Below are positions 24,601 to 39,059 of a stretch of 64,000 nucleotides of DNA, piece by piece. The notes beneath the pieces were generated by a model that was not told where the DNA came from, did not search any database, and saw nothing but the letters and a program-made list of their open reading frames with translations. The stretch is from contig CM120640.1 of the NCBI GenBank assembly GCA_051362555.1, positions 32,073,967 through 32,137,966 on the forward strand. Direction: 5' to 3'. The position numbers were made by a program, and so were the translations under genes. Origin of the DNA: Lingula anatina (lineage: Eukaryota; Animalia; Brachiopoda). How positions within the stretch are numbered: the stretch's first letter is position 1; every line of letters begins with the position of its first letter.

Positions 24601-27600
24601 GGAGGATATGGGAGAGGTAAATTAAAAAGATCTAACCTCATTCCTATTTCTTTTACAGGACATAGAAGATGATGAATGCATAGAAGACGATGAGCGACTC
24701 TACCCTGACACAGACTTCACACATCGATAGAAGTTAAGGTTAGTAAACTTTTTATTTGGGGGAGGGGGGGGGGGAAGGATGGCGGGAGAGGTAAATTAAA
24801 AAGATCTAACCTGATTCCTGTTTCTTTTACAGGACATAGAAGATGATGTATGCATAGAAGACGATGAGCGACTCTACCCAGACACAGACTTCACACATCG
24901 ATAGAAGTTAAGGTTAGTAAACTTTTTATTTGGGGGAGGGGGGGGGAGGATGGGGGAGAAGTAAATTAAAAAGATCTAACCTCATTCCTATTACTTTTAC
25001 AGGACATAGAAGATGATGAATGCATAGAAGACGATGAGCGACTCTACCCAGACACAGACTTCACACATCGATAGAAGTTAAGGTTAGTAAACTTTTTATT
25101 TGGGGGAGGGGGGGGAGGATGGGGGAGAAGTAAATTAAAAAGATCTAACCTCATTCCTATTACTTTTACAGGACATAGAAGATGATGAATGCATAGAAGA
25201 CGATGAGCGACTCTACCCAGACACAGACTTTACACATCGATAGAAGTTAAGGTTAGTAAACTTATTATTTGGGGGAGGGGGGGTAGGATGGGAGAGAGGT
25301 AAATTAAAAAGATCTAACCTCATTCCTATTTCTTTTACAGGACATAGAAGATGATGTATGCATAGAAGACGATGAGCGACTCTACCCAGACACAGACTTC
25401 ACACATCGATAGAAGTTAAGGTTAGTAAACTTTTTATTTGGGGGAGGGGGGGGGAGGATGGGGGAGAAGTAAATTAAAAAGATCTAACCTCATTCCTATT
25501 TCTTTTACAGGACATAGAAGATGATGTATGCATAGAAGACGATGAGCGACTCTACCCAGACACAGACTTCACACATCGATAGAAGTTAAGGTTAGTAAAC
25601 TTTTTATTTGGGGGAGGGGGGGGGAGGATGGGGGAGAAGTAAATTAAAAAGATCTAACCTCATTCCTATTACTTTTACAGGACATAGAAGATGATGAATG
25701 CATAGAAGACGATGAGCGACTCTACCCAGACACAGACTTTACACATCGATAGAAGTTAAGGTTAGTAAACTTATTATTTGGGGGAGGGGGGGTAGGATGG
25801 GGGAGAGGTAAATTAAAAAGATCTAACCTCATTCCTGTTTCTTTTACAGGACATAGAAGATGATGTATGCATAGAAGACGATGAGCGACTCTACCCAGAC
25901 ACAGACTTCACACATCGATAGAAGTTAAGGTTAGTAAACTTTTTATTTGGGGGAGGGGGGGGGAGGATGGGGGAGAGGTAAATTAAAAAGTTCTAACCTT
26001 ATTCCTATTTCTTTTACAGGACATAGAAGATGATGAATGCATAGAAGACGATGAGCGACTCTATCCAGACACAGACTTCACACATCGATAGAAGTTAAGG
26101 TTAGTAAACTTTTTATTTGGGGGAGGGGGGGGGGAGGATATGGGAGAGGTAAATTAAAAAGATCTAACCTCATTCCTATTTCTTTTACAGGACATAGAAG
26201 ATGATGAATGCATAGAAGACGATGAGCGACTCTACCCTGACACAGACTTCACACATCGATAGAAGTTAAGGTTAGTAAACTTTTTATTTGGGGGAGGGGG
26301 GGGGGGGAAGGATGGCGGGAGAGGTAAATTAAAAAGATCTAACCTGATTCCTGTTTCTTTTACAGGACATAGAAGATGATGTATGCATAGAAGACGATGA
26401 GCGACTCTACCCAGACACAGACTTCACACATCGATAGAAGTTAAGGTTAGTAAACTTTTTATTTGGGGGAGGGGGGGGGGAGGATGGGGGAGAAGTAAAT
26501 TAAAAAGATCTAACCTCATTCCTATTACTTTTACAGGACATAGAAGATGATGAATGCATAGAAGACGATGAGCGACTCTACCCAGACACAGACTTTACAC
26601 ATCGATAGAAGTTAAGGTTAGTAAACTTATTATTTGGGGGAGGGGGGGTAGGATGGGGGAGAGGTAAATTAAAAAGATCTAACCTCATTCCTGTTTCTTT
26701 TACAGGACATAGAAGATGATGTATGCATAGAAGACGATGAGCGACTCTACCCAGACACAGACTTCACACATCGATAGAAGTTAAGGTTAGTAAACTTTTT
26801 ATTTGGGGGAGGGGGGGGGAGGATGGGGGAGAGGTAAATTAAAAAGTTCTAACCTTATTCCTATTTCTTTTACAGGACATAGAGGTAAATTAAAAAGATC
26901 TAACCTGATTCCTGTTTCTTTTACAGGACATAGAAGATGATGTATGCATAGAAGACGATGAGCGACTCTACCCAGACACAGACTTCACACATCGATAGAA
27001 GTTAAGGTTAGTAAACTTTTTATTTGGGGGAGGGGGGGGGAGGATGGGGGAGAAGTAAATTAAAAAGATCTAACCTCATTCCTATTACTTTTACAGGACA
27101 TAGAAGATGATGAATGCATAGAAGACGATGAGCGACTCTACCCAGACACAGACTTTACACATCGATAGAAGTTAAGGTTAGTAAACTTATTATTTGGGGG
27201 AGGGGGGGTAGGATGGGGGAGAGGTAAATTAAAAAGATCTAACTTCATTCCTGTTTCTTTTACAGGACATAGAAGATGATGTATGCATAGAAGACGATGA
27301 GCGACTCTACCCAGACACAGACTTCACACATCGATAGAAGTTAAGGTTAGTAAACTTTTTATTTGGGGGAGGGGGGGGGAGGATGGGGGAGAGGTAAATT
27401 AAAAAGATCTAACCTCATTCCTGTTTCTTTTACAGGACATAGAAGATGATGTATGCATAGAAGACGATGAGCGACTCTACCCAGACACAGACTTCACACA
27501 TCGATAGAAGTTAAGGTTAGTAAACTTTTTATTTGGGGGAGGGGGGGGGAGGATGGGGGAGAGGTAAATTAAAAAGTTCTAACCTTATTCCTATTTCTTT

Positions 27601-30600
27601 TACAGGACATAGAAGATGATGAATGCATAGAAGACGATGAGCGACTCTATCCAGACACAGACTTCACACATCGATAGAAGTTAAGGTTAGTAAACTTTTT
27701 ATTTGGGGGAGGGGGGGGAGGATATGGGAGAGGTAAATTAAAAAGATCTAACCTCATTCCTATTTCTTTTACAGGACATAGAAGATGATGAATGCATAGA
27801 AGACGATGAGCGACTCTACCCTGACACAGACTTCACACATCGATAGAAGTTAAGGTTAGTAAACTTTTTATTTGGGGGAGGGGGGGGGGGAAGGATGGCG
27901 GGAGAGGTAAATTAAAAAGATCTAACCTGATTCCTGTTTCTTTTACAGGACATAGAAGATGATGTATGCATAGAAGACGATGAGCGACTCTACCCAGACA
28001 CAGACTTCACACATCGATAGAAGTTAAGGTTAGTAAACTTTTTATTTGGGGGAGGGGGGGGGAGGATGGGGGAGAAGTAAATTAAAAAGATCTAACCTCA
28101 TTCCTATTACTTTTACAGGACATAGAAGATGATGAATGCATAGAAGACGATGAGCGACTCTACCCAGACACAGACTTTACACATCGATAGAAGTTAAGGT
28201 TAGTAAACTTATTATTTGGGGGAGGGGGGGTAGGATGGGGGAGAGGTAAATTAAAAAGATCTAACCTCATTCCTGTTTCTTTTACAGGACATAGAAGATG
28301 ATGTATGCATAGAAGACGATGAGCGACTCTACCCAGACACAGACTTCACACATCGATAGAAGTTAAGGTTAGTAAACTTTTTATTTGGGGGAGGGGGGGG
28401 GAGGATGGGGGAGAGGTAAATTAAAAAGTTCTAACCTTATTCCTATTTCTTTTACAGGACATAGAGGTAAATTAAAAAGATCTAACCTGATTCCTGTTTC
28501 TTTTACAGGACATAGAAGATGATGTATGCATAGAAGACGATGAGCGACTCTACCCAGACACAGACTTCACACATCGATAGAAGTTAAGGTTAGTAAACTT
28601 TTTATTTGGGGGAGGGGGGGGGAGGATGGGGGAGAAGTAAATTAAAAAGATCTAACCTCATTCCTATTACTTTTACAGGACATAGAAGATGATGAATGCA
28701 TAGAAGACGATGAGCGACTCTACCCAGACACAGACTTAACACATCGATAGAAGTTAAGGTTAGTAAACTTATTATTTGGGGGAGGGGGGGTAGGATGGGG
28801 GAGAGGTAAATTAAAAAGATCTAACCTCATTCCTGTTTCTTTTACAGGACATAGAAGATGATGTATGCATAGAAGACGATGAGCGACTCTACCCAGACAC
28901 AGACTTCACACATCGATAGAAGTTAAGGTTAGTAAACTTTTTATTTGGGGGAGGGGGGGGGAGGATGGGGGAGAGGTAAATTAAAAAGTTCTAACCTTAT
29001 TCCTATTTCTTTTACAGGACATAGAAGATGATGAATGCATAGAAGACGATGAGCGACTCTATCCAGACACAGACTTCACACATCGATAGAAGTTAAGGTT
29101 AGTAAACTTTTTATTTGGGGGAGGGGGGGGGGAGGATATGGGAGAGGTAAATTAAAAAGATCTAACCTCATTCCTATTTCTTTTACAGGACATAGAAGAT
29201 GATGAATGCATAGAAGACGATGAGCGACTCTACCCTGACACAGACTTCACACATCGATAGAAGTTAAGGTTAGTAAACTTTTTATTTGGGGGAGGGGGGG
29301 GGGAAGGATGGCGGGAGAGGTAAATTAAAAAGATCTAACCTCATTCCTATTTCTTTTACAGGACATAGAAGATGATGAATGCCTACCAGCCTACCAGCCT
29401 ACCATCAAGCATTGACTACTATTTGGATCAAGAATTTAAGGTTAGTAAATTTCATTTTTTGGAGGGGATAGGTAAATTGAATTAAAATCTAATCTAGTTT
29501 TATTTCCTTTACAGAACACAGAAGACGATGAAAGACTCTACCCAGACATAGACTTCACACATCGATAGAAGTTAAGGTTAGTAAACTTTTTATTTTGGGG
29601 AGGGGGGGAGGATGGGGGAGAAGTAAATTAAAAAGATCTAACCTCATTCCTATTACTTTTACAGGACATAGAAGATGATGAATGCATAGAAGACGATGAG
29701 CGACTCTACACAGACAGAGACTTCACACATCGATAGAAGTTAAGGTTAGTAAACTTATTATTTTGGGGAGGGGGGGGGGGGAGGATGGGGGAGAAGTAAA
29801 TTAAAAAGATCTAACCTCATTCCTATTACTTTTACAGGACATAGAAGATGATGAATGCATAGAAGACGATGAGCGACTCTACCCAGACACAGACTTTACA
29901 CATCGATAGAAGTTAAGGTTAGTAAACTTATTATTTGGGGGAGGGGGGGTAGGATGGGGGAGAGGTAAATTAAAAAGATCTAACCTCATTCCTGTTTCTT
30001 TTACAGGACATAGAAGATGATGTATGCATAGAAGACGATGAGCGACTCTACCCAGACACAGACTTCACACATCGATAGAAGTTAAGGTTAGTAAACTTTT
30101 TATTTGGGGGAGGGGGGGGGGAGGATGGGGGAGAGGTAAATTAAAAAGTTCTAACCTTATTCCTATTTCTTTAACAGGACATAGAAGATGATGAATGCAT
30201 AGAAGACGATGAGCGACTCTATCCAGACACAGACTTCACACATCGATAGAAGTTAAGGTTAGTAAACTTTTTATTTGGGGGAGGGGGGGGGGAGGATATG
30301 GGAGAGGTAAATTAAAAAGATCTAACCTCATTCCTATTTCTTTTACAGGACATAGAAGATGATGAATGCATAGAAGACGATGAGCGACTCTACCCTGACA
30401 TAGACTTCACACATCGATAGAAGTTAAGGTTAGTAAACTTTTTATTTGGGGGAGGGGGGGGAAGGATGGCGGGAGAGGTAAATTAAAAAGATCTAACCTC
30501 ATTCCTATTTCTTTTACAGGACATAGAAGATGATGAATGCCTACCAGCCTACCAGCCTACCATCAAGCATTGACTACTATTTGGATCAAGAATTTAAGGT

Positions 30601-33600
30601 TAGTAAATTTCATTTTTTGGAGGGGATAGGTAAATTGAATTAAAATCTAATCTAGTTTTATTTCCTTTACAGAACACAGAAGACGATGAAAGACTCTACC
30701 CAGACATAGACTTCACACATCGATAGAAGTTAAGGTTAGTAAACTTTTTATTTGGGGGAGGGGGGGGAGGATGGGGGAGAAGTAAATTAAAAAGATCTAA
30801 CCTCATTCCTATTACTTTTACAGGACATAGAAGATGATGAATGCATAGAAGACGATGAGCGACTCTACACAGACAGAGACTTCACACATCGATAGAAGTT
30901 AAGGTTAGTAAACTTTTTATTTGGGGGAGGGGGGGGGGAGGATGGGGGAGAGGTAAATTAAAAAGTTCTAACCTTATTCCTATTTCTTTAACAGGACATA
31001 GAAGATGATGAATGCATAGAAGACGATGAGCGACTCTATCCAGACACAGACTTCACACATCGATAGAAGTTAAGGTTAGTAAACTTTTTATTTGGGGGAG
31101 GGGGGGGGGGAGGATATGGGAGAGGTAAATTAAAAAGATCTAACCTCATTCCTATTTCTTTTACAGGACATAGAAGATGATGAATGCATAGAAGACGATG
31201 AGCGACTCTACCCTGACATAGACTTCACACATCGATAGAAGTTAAGGTTAGTAAACTTTTTATTTGGGGGAGGGGGGGGAAGGATGGCGGGAGAGGTAAA
31301 TTAAAAAGATCTAACCTCATTCCTATTTCTTTTACAGGACATAGAAGATGATGAATGCCTACCAGCCTACCAGCCTACCATCAAGCATTGACTACTATTT
31401 GGATCAAGAATTTAAGGTTAGTAAATTTCATTTTTTGGAGGGGATAGGTAAATTGAATTAAAATCTAATCTAGTTTTATTTCCTTTACAGAACACAGAAG
31501 ACGATGAAAGACTCTACCCAGACATAGACTTCACACATCGATAGAAGTTAAGGTTAGTAAACTTTTTATTTGGGGGAGGGGGGGGAGGATGGGGGAGAAG
31601 TAAATTAAAAAGATCTAACCTCATTCCTATTACTTTTACAGGACATAGAAGATGATGAATGCATAGAAGACGATGAGCGACTCTACACAGACAGAGACTT
31701 CACACATCGATAGAAGTTAAGGTTAGTAAACTTATTATTTTGGGGAGGGGGGGGGAGGATGGGGGAGAAGTAAATTAAAAATATCTAACCTCATTCCTAT
31801 TACTTTTACAGGACATAGAAGATGATGAATGCATAGAAGACGATGAGCGACTCTACCCAGACACAGACTTTACACATCGATAGAAGTTAAGGTTAGTAAA
31901 CTTTTTATTTGGGGGAGGGGGGGGGAGGATGGGGGAGAAGTAAATTAAAAAGATCTAACCTGATTCCTGTTTCTTTTACAGGACATAGAAGATGATGTAT
32001 GCATAGAAGACGATGAGCGACTCTACCCAGACACAGACTTCACACATCGATAGAAGTTGAGGTTAGTAAACTTTTTATTTGGGGGAGGGGGGGGGGGAGG
32101 ATGGGGGAGAGGTAAATTAAAAAGTTCTAACCTCATTCCTATTTCTTTTACAGGACATAGAAGATGATGAATGCATAGAAGACGATGAGCGACTCTACCC
32201 TGACACAGACTTCACACATCGATAGAAGTTAAGGTTAGTAAACTTTTTATTTGGGGGAGGGGGGGAGGATGGGGGAGAGGTAAATTAAAAAGTTCTAACC
32301 TCATTCCTATTTCTTTTACAGGACATAGAAGATGATGAATGCATAGAAGACGATGAGCGACTCTACCCTGACACAGACTTCACACATCGATAGAAGTTAA
32401 GGTTAGTAAACTTTTTATTTGGGGGGGAGGGGGGGGGGAGGATGGCGGGAGAGGTAAATTAAAAAGATCTAACCTCATTCCTATTTCTTTTACAGGACAT
32501 AGAAGATGATGAATGCCTACCAGCCTACCAGCCTACCATCAAGCATTGACTACACTTTGGATCAAAAATTTAAGGTTAGTAAATTTCATTTTTTGGAGGT
32601 GATAGGTAAATTGAATTAAAATCTAATCTACTTTTATTTCCTTTACAGAACACAGAAGACGATGAAAGACTCTACCCAGACATAGACTTCACACATCGAT
32701 AGAAGTTAAGGTTAGTAAACTTATTATTTGGGAGAGGGGGGGGGAGGATGGGAGAGAGGTAAATTAAAAAGATCTAACCTCATTCCTGTTTCTTTTACAG
32801 GACATAGAAGATGATGTATGCATAGAAGACGATGAGCGACTCTACCCAGACACAGACTTCACACATCGATAGAAGTTAAGGTTAGTAAACTTTTTATTTG
32901 CGGGAGGGGGGGGGGAGGATATGGGAGAGGTAAATTAAAAAGATCTAACCTCATTCCTGTTTCTTTTACAGGACATAGAAGATGATGTATGCATAGAAGA
33001 CGATGAGCGACTCTACCCAGACACAGACTTCACACATCAATAGAAGTTAAGGTTAGTAAACTTTTTATTTGGGGGAGGGGGGGGAGGATTGCGGCAGGGT
33101 AAATTAAAAAGATCTAACCTCATTCCTATTTCTTTTACAGGACATAGAAGATGATGAATGCCTACCAGTCTACCAGCCTACCATCAAGCATTGACTACTC
33201 TTTGGATCAAGAATTTAAGGTTAGTAAATTTCATTTTTTGGAGGGGATAGGTAAATTGAATTAAAATCTAATCTAGTTTTATTTCCTTTACAGAACACAG
33301 AAGACGATGAAAGACTCTACCCAGACATAGACTTCACACATCGATAGAAGTTAAGGTTAGTAAACTTTTTATTTGGGGGAGGGGGGGGGGAGGAGGGGGG
33401 AGAAGTAAATTAAAAAGATCTAACCTGATTCCTGTTTATTTTACAGGACATAGAAGATGATGTATGCATAGAAGACGATAAGCGACTCTACCCAGACACA
33501 GACTTCACACATCGATAGAAGTTAAGGTTAGTAAACTTTTTATTTGGGGGAGGGGGGGGGGAGGATGGGGGAGAAGTAAATTAAAAAGATCTAACCTCAT

Positions 33601-36600
33601 TCCTATTACTTTTACAGGACATAGAAGATGATGAATGCATAGAAGACGATGAGCGACTCTACCCAGACACAGACTTCACACATCGATAGAAGTTAAGGTT
33701 AGTAAACTTATTATTTGGGAGAGGGGGGGGGAGGATGGGAGAGAGGTAAATTAAAAAGATCTAACCTCATTCCTGTTTCTTTTACAGAACATAGAAGATG
33801 ATGTATGCATAGAAGACGATGAGCGACTCTACCCAGACACAGACTTCACACATCGATAGAAGTTAAGGTTAGTAAACTTTTTATTTGGGGAGGGGGGGGG
33901 AGGATGGGGGAGAAGTAAATTAAAAAGATCTAACCTCATTCCTATTACTTTTACAGGACATAGAAGATGATGAATGCATAGAAGACGATGAGCGACTCTA
34001 CCCAGACACAGACTTCACACATCGATAGAAGTTAAGGTTAGTAAACTTTTTATTTGGGGGGGAGGGGGGGGGAGGATGGCGGGAGAGGTAAATTAAAAAG
34101 ATCTAACCTCATTCCTATTTCTTTTACAGGACATAGAAGATGATGAATGCCTACCAGCCTACCAGCCTACCATCAAGCATTGACTACACTTTGGATCAAA
34201 AATTTAAGGTTAGTAAATTTCATTTTTTGGAGGTGATAGGTAAATTGAATTAAAATCTAATCTACTTTTATTTCCTTTACAGAACACAGAAGACGATGAA
34301 AGACTCTACCCAGACATAGACTTCACACATCGATAGAAGTTAAGGTTAGTAAACTTATTATTTGGGAGAGGGGGGGGGGGAGGATGGGGGAGAGGTAAAT
34401 TAAAAAGATCTAACCTCATTCCTGTTTCTTTTACAGGACATAGAAGATGATGTATGCATAGAAGACGATGAGCGACTCTACCCAGACACAGACTTCACAC
34501 ATCGATAGAAGTTAAGGTTAGTAAACTTTTTATTTGCGGGAGGGGGGGGGGAGGATATGGGAGAGGTAAATTAAAAAGATCTAACCTCATTCCTGTTTCT
34601 TTTACAGGACATAGAAGATGATGTATGCATAGAAGACGATGAGCGACTCTACCCAGACACAGACTTCACACATCAATAGAAGTTAAGGTTAGTAAACTTT
34701 TTATTTGGGGGAGGGGGGGGAGGATTGCGGCAGGGTAAATTAAAAAGATCTAACCTCATTCCTATTTCTTTTACAGGACATAGAAGATGATGAATGCCTA
34801 CCAGCCTACCAGCCTACCATCAAGCATTGACTACTCTTTGGATCAAGAATTTAAGGTTAGTAAATTTCATTTTTTGGAGGGGATAGGTAAATTGAATTAA
34901 AATCTAATCTAGTTTTATTTCCTTTACAGAACACAGAAGACGATGAAAGACTCTACCCAGACATAGACTTCACACATCGATAGAAGTTAAGGTTAGTAAA
35001 CTTTTTATTTGGGGGAGGGGGGGGAGGATGGGGGAGAGGTAAATTAAAAAGTTCTAACCTCATTCCTATTTCTTTTACAGGACATAGAAGATGATGAATG
35101 CATAGAAGACGATGAGCGACTCTACCCAGACACAGACTTCACACATCGATAGAAGTTAAGGTTAGTAAACTTATTATTTGGGGGAGGGGGGGGAGGATGG
35201 GGGAGAGGTAAATTAAAAAGATCTAACCTCATTCCTGTTTCTTTTACAGGACATAGAAGATGATGTATGCATAGAAGACGATGAGCGACTCTACCCAGAC
35301 ACAGACTTCACACATCGATAGAAGTTAAGGTTAGTAAACTTTTTATTTGGGGGAGGGGGGGGAGGATGGGGGAGAGGTAAATTAAAAAGTTCTAACCTCA
35401 TTCCTATTTCTTTTACAGGACATAGAAGATGATGAATGCATAGAAGACGATGAGCGACTCTACCCAGACGTAGACTTCACACATCGATAGAAGTTAAGGT
35501 TAGTAAACTTTTTATTTGGGGGAGGGGGGGGAGGATATGGGAGAGGTAAATTAAAAAGATCTAACCTCATTCCTATTTCTTTTACAGGACATAGAAGTTG
35601 ATGAATGCATAGAAGACGATGTGCGACTCTACCCTGACATAGACTTCACACATCGATAGAAGTTAAGGTTAGTAAACTTTTTTATTTGGGGGAGGGGGGG
35701 GAGGATGGCGGGAGAGGTAAATTAAAAAGATCTAACCTCATTCCTATTTCTTTAACAGGACATAGAAGATGATGAATATATAGAAGACGATGAGCGACTC
35801 TACCCTGACACAGACTTCACACATCGATAGAAGTTAAGGTTAGTAAACTTTTTTTTGGGGGGGGAGGGGGGGGGAGGATGGCGGGAGAGGTAAATGAAAA
35901 AGATCTAACCTCATTCCTATTTCTTTTACAGGACATAGAAGATGATGAATGCCTACCAGCCTACCAGCCTACCATCAAGCATTGACTACACTTTGGATCA
36001 AAAATTTAAGGTTAGTAAATTTCATTTTTTGGAGGGGATAGGTAAATTGAATTAAAATCTAATCTAGTTTTATTTCGTTTACAGAACACAGAAGACGATG
36101 AAAGACTCTACCCAGACATAGACTTCACACATCGATAGAAGTTAAGGTTAGTAAACTTTTTATTTGGGGGAGGGGGGGGGAGGATGGGGGAGAAGTAAAT
36201 TAAAAAGATCTAACCTCATTCCTATTACTTTTACAGGACATAGAAGATGATGAATGCATAGAAGACGATGAGCGACTCTACACAGACAGAGACTTCACAC
36301 ATCGATAGAAGTTAAGGTTAGTAAACTTATTATTTTGGGGAGGGGGGGGGAGGATGGTGGAGAAGTAAATTTAAAATATCTAACCTCATTCCTATTACTT
36401 TTACAGGACATAGAAGATGATGAATGCATAGAAGACGATGAGCGACTCTACCCAGACACAGACTTTACACATCGATAGAAGTTAAGGTTAGTAAACTTTT
36501 TATTTGGGGGAGGGGGGGGGAGGATGGGGGAGAAGTAAATTAAAAAGATCTAACCTGATTCCTGTTTCTTTTACAGGACATAGAAGATGATGTATGCATA

Positions 36601-39059
36601 GAAGACGATGAGCGACTCTACCCAGACACAGACTTCACACATCGATAGAAGTTGAGGTTAGTAAACTTTTTATTTGGGGGAGGGGGGGGGGATGGGGGAG
36701 AGGTAAATTAAAAAGTTCTAACCTCATTCCTATTTCTTTTACAGGACATAGAAGATGATGAATGCATAGAAGACGATGAGCGACTCTACCCTGACACAGA
36801 CTTCACACATCGATAGAAGTTAAGGTTAGTAAACTTTTTATTTGGGGGAGGGGGGGGGGAGGAGGGGGGAGAAGTAAATTAAAAAGATCTTACATCATTC
36901 CTATTACTTTTACAGGACATAGAAGATGATGAATGCATAGAAGACGATGAGCGACTCTACCCAGACACAGACTTCAAACATCGATAGAAGTTAAGGTTAG
37001 TAAACTTTTTATTTGGGGGAGGGGGGGGGGAGGATGGGGGAGAAGTAAATTAAAAAGACCTAACCTCATTCCTATTACTTTTACAGGACATAGAAGATGA
37101 TGAATGCATAGAAGACGATGAGCGACTCTACCCAGACACAGACTTCACACATCGATAGAAGTTAAGGTCAGTAAACTTTTTATTTGCGGGAGGGGGGGGA
37201 GGATATGGGAGAGGTAAATTAAAAAGATCTAACCTCATTCCTGTTTCTTTTACAGGACATAGAAGATGATGTATGCATAGAAGACGATGAGCGACTCTAC
37301 CCAGACACAGACTTCACACATCAATAGAAGTTAAGGTTAGTAAACTTTTTATTTGGGGGAGGGGGGGGGGAGGATTGCGGCAGGGTAAATTAAAAAGATC
37401 TAACCTCATTCCTATTTCTTTTACAGGACATAGAAGATGATGAATGCCTACCAGCCTACCAGCCTACCATCAAGCATTGACTACTCTTTGGATCAAGAAT
37501 TTAAGGTTAGTAAATTTCATTTTTTGGAGGGGATAGGTAAATTGAATTAAAATCTAATCTAGTTTTATTTCCTTTACAGAACACAGAAGACGATGAAAGA
37601 CTCTACCCAGACATAGACTTCACACATCGATAGAAGTTAAGGTTAGTAAACTTTTTATTTGGGGGAGGGGGGGAGGATGGGGGAGAAGTAAATTAAAAAG
37701 ATCTAACCTCATTCCTATTACTTTTACAGGACATAGAAGATGATGAATGCATAGAAGACGATGAGCGACTCTACATAGACAGAGACTTCACACATCGATA
37801 GAAGTTAAGGTTAGTAAACTTATTATTTTGGGGAGGGGGGGGGAGGATGGGGGAGAAGAAAATTAAAAATATCTAACCTCATTCCTATTACTTTTACAGG
37901 ACATAGAAGATGATGAATGCATAGAAGACGATGAGCGACTCTACCCAGACACAGACTTTACACATCGATAGAAGTTAAGGTTAGTAAACTTTTTATTTGG
38001 GGGAGGGGGGGGGAGGATGGGGGAGAAGTAAATTAAAAAGATCTAACCTGATTCCTGTTTCTTTTACAGGACATAGAAGATGATGTATGCATAGAAGACG
38101 ATGAGCGACTCTACCCAGACACAGACTTCACACATCAATAGAAGTTAAGGTTAGTAAACTTTTTATTTGGGGGAGGGGGGGGGAGGATGGGGGAGAAGTA
38201 AATTAAAAAGATCTAACCTCATTCCTATTACTTTTACAGGACATAGAAGATGATGAATGCATAGAAGACGATGAGCAAATCTACACAGACAGAGACTTCA
38301 CACATCGATAGAAGTTAAGGTTAGTAAACTTATTATTTTGGGGAGGGGGGGGGGAGGATGGGGGAGAAGTAAATTAAAAATATCTAACCTCATTCCTATT
38401 ACTTTTACAGGACATAGAAGATGATGAATGCATAGAAGACGATGAGCGACTCTACCCAGACACAGACTTTACACATCGATAGAAGTTAAGGTTAGTAAAC
38501 TTTTTATTTGGGGGAGGGGGGGGGAGGATGGGGGAGAAGTAAATTAAAAAGATCTAACCTGATTCCTGTTTCTTTTACAGGACATAGAAGATGATGTATG
38601 CATAGAAGACGATGAGCGACTCTACCCAGACACAGACTTCACACATCGATAGAAGTTGAGGTTAGTAAACATTTTATTTGGGGGAGGGGGGGGGGGGAGG
38701 ATGGGGGAGAGGTAAATTAAAAAGTTCTAACCTCATTCCTATTTCTTTTACAGGACATAGAAGATGATGAATGCATAGAAGACGATGAGCGACTCTACCC
38801 TGACACAGACTTCACACATCGATAGAAGTTAAGGTTAGTAAACTTTTTATTTGGGGGAGGGGGGGAGGATGGGGGAGAGGTAAATTAAAAAGTTCTAACC
38901 TCATTCCTATTTCTTTTACAGGACATAGAAGATGATGAATGCATAGAAGACGATGAGCGACTCTACCCTGACACAGACTTCACACATCGATAGAAGTTAA
39001 GGTTAGTAAACTTTTTATTTGGGGGAGGGGGGGGGGGAAGGATGGCGGGAGAGGTAAAT

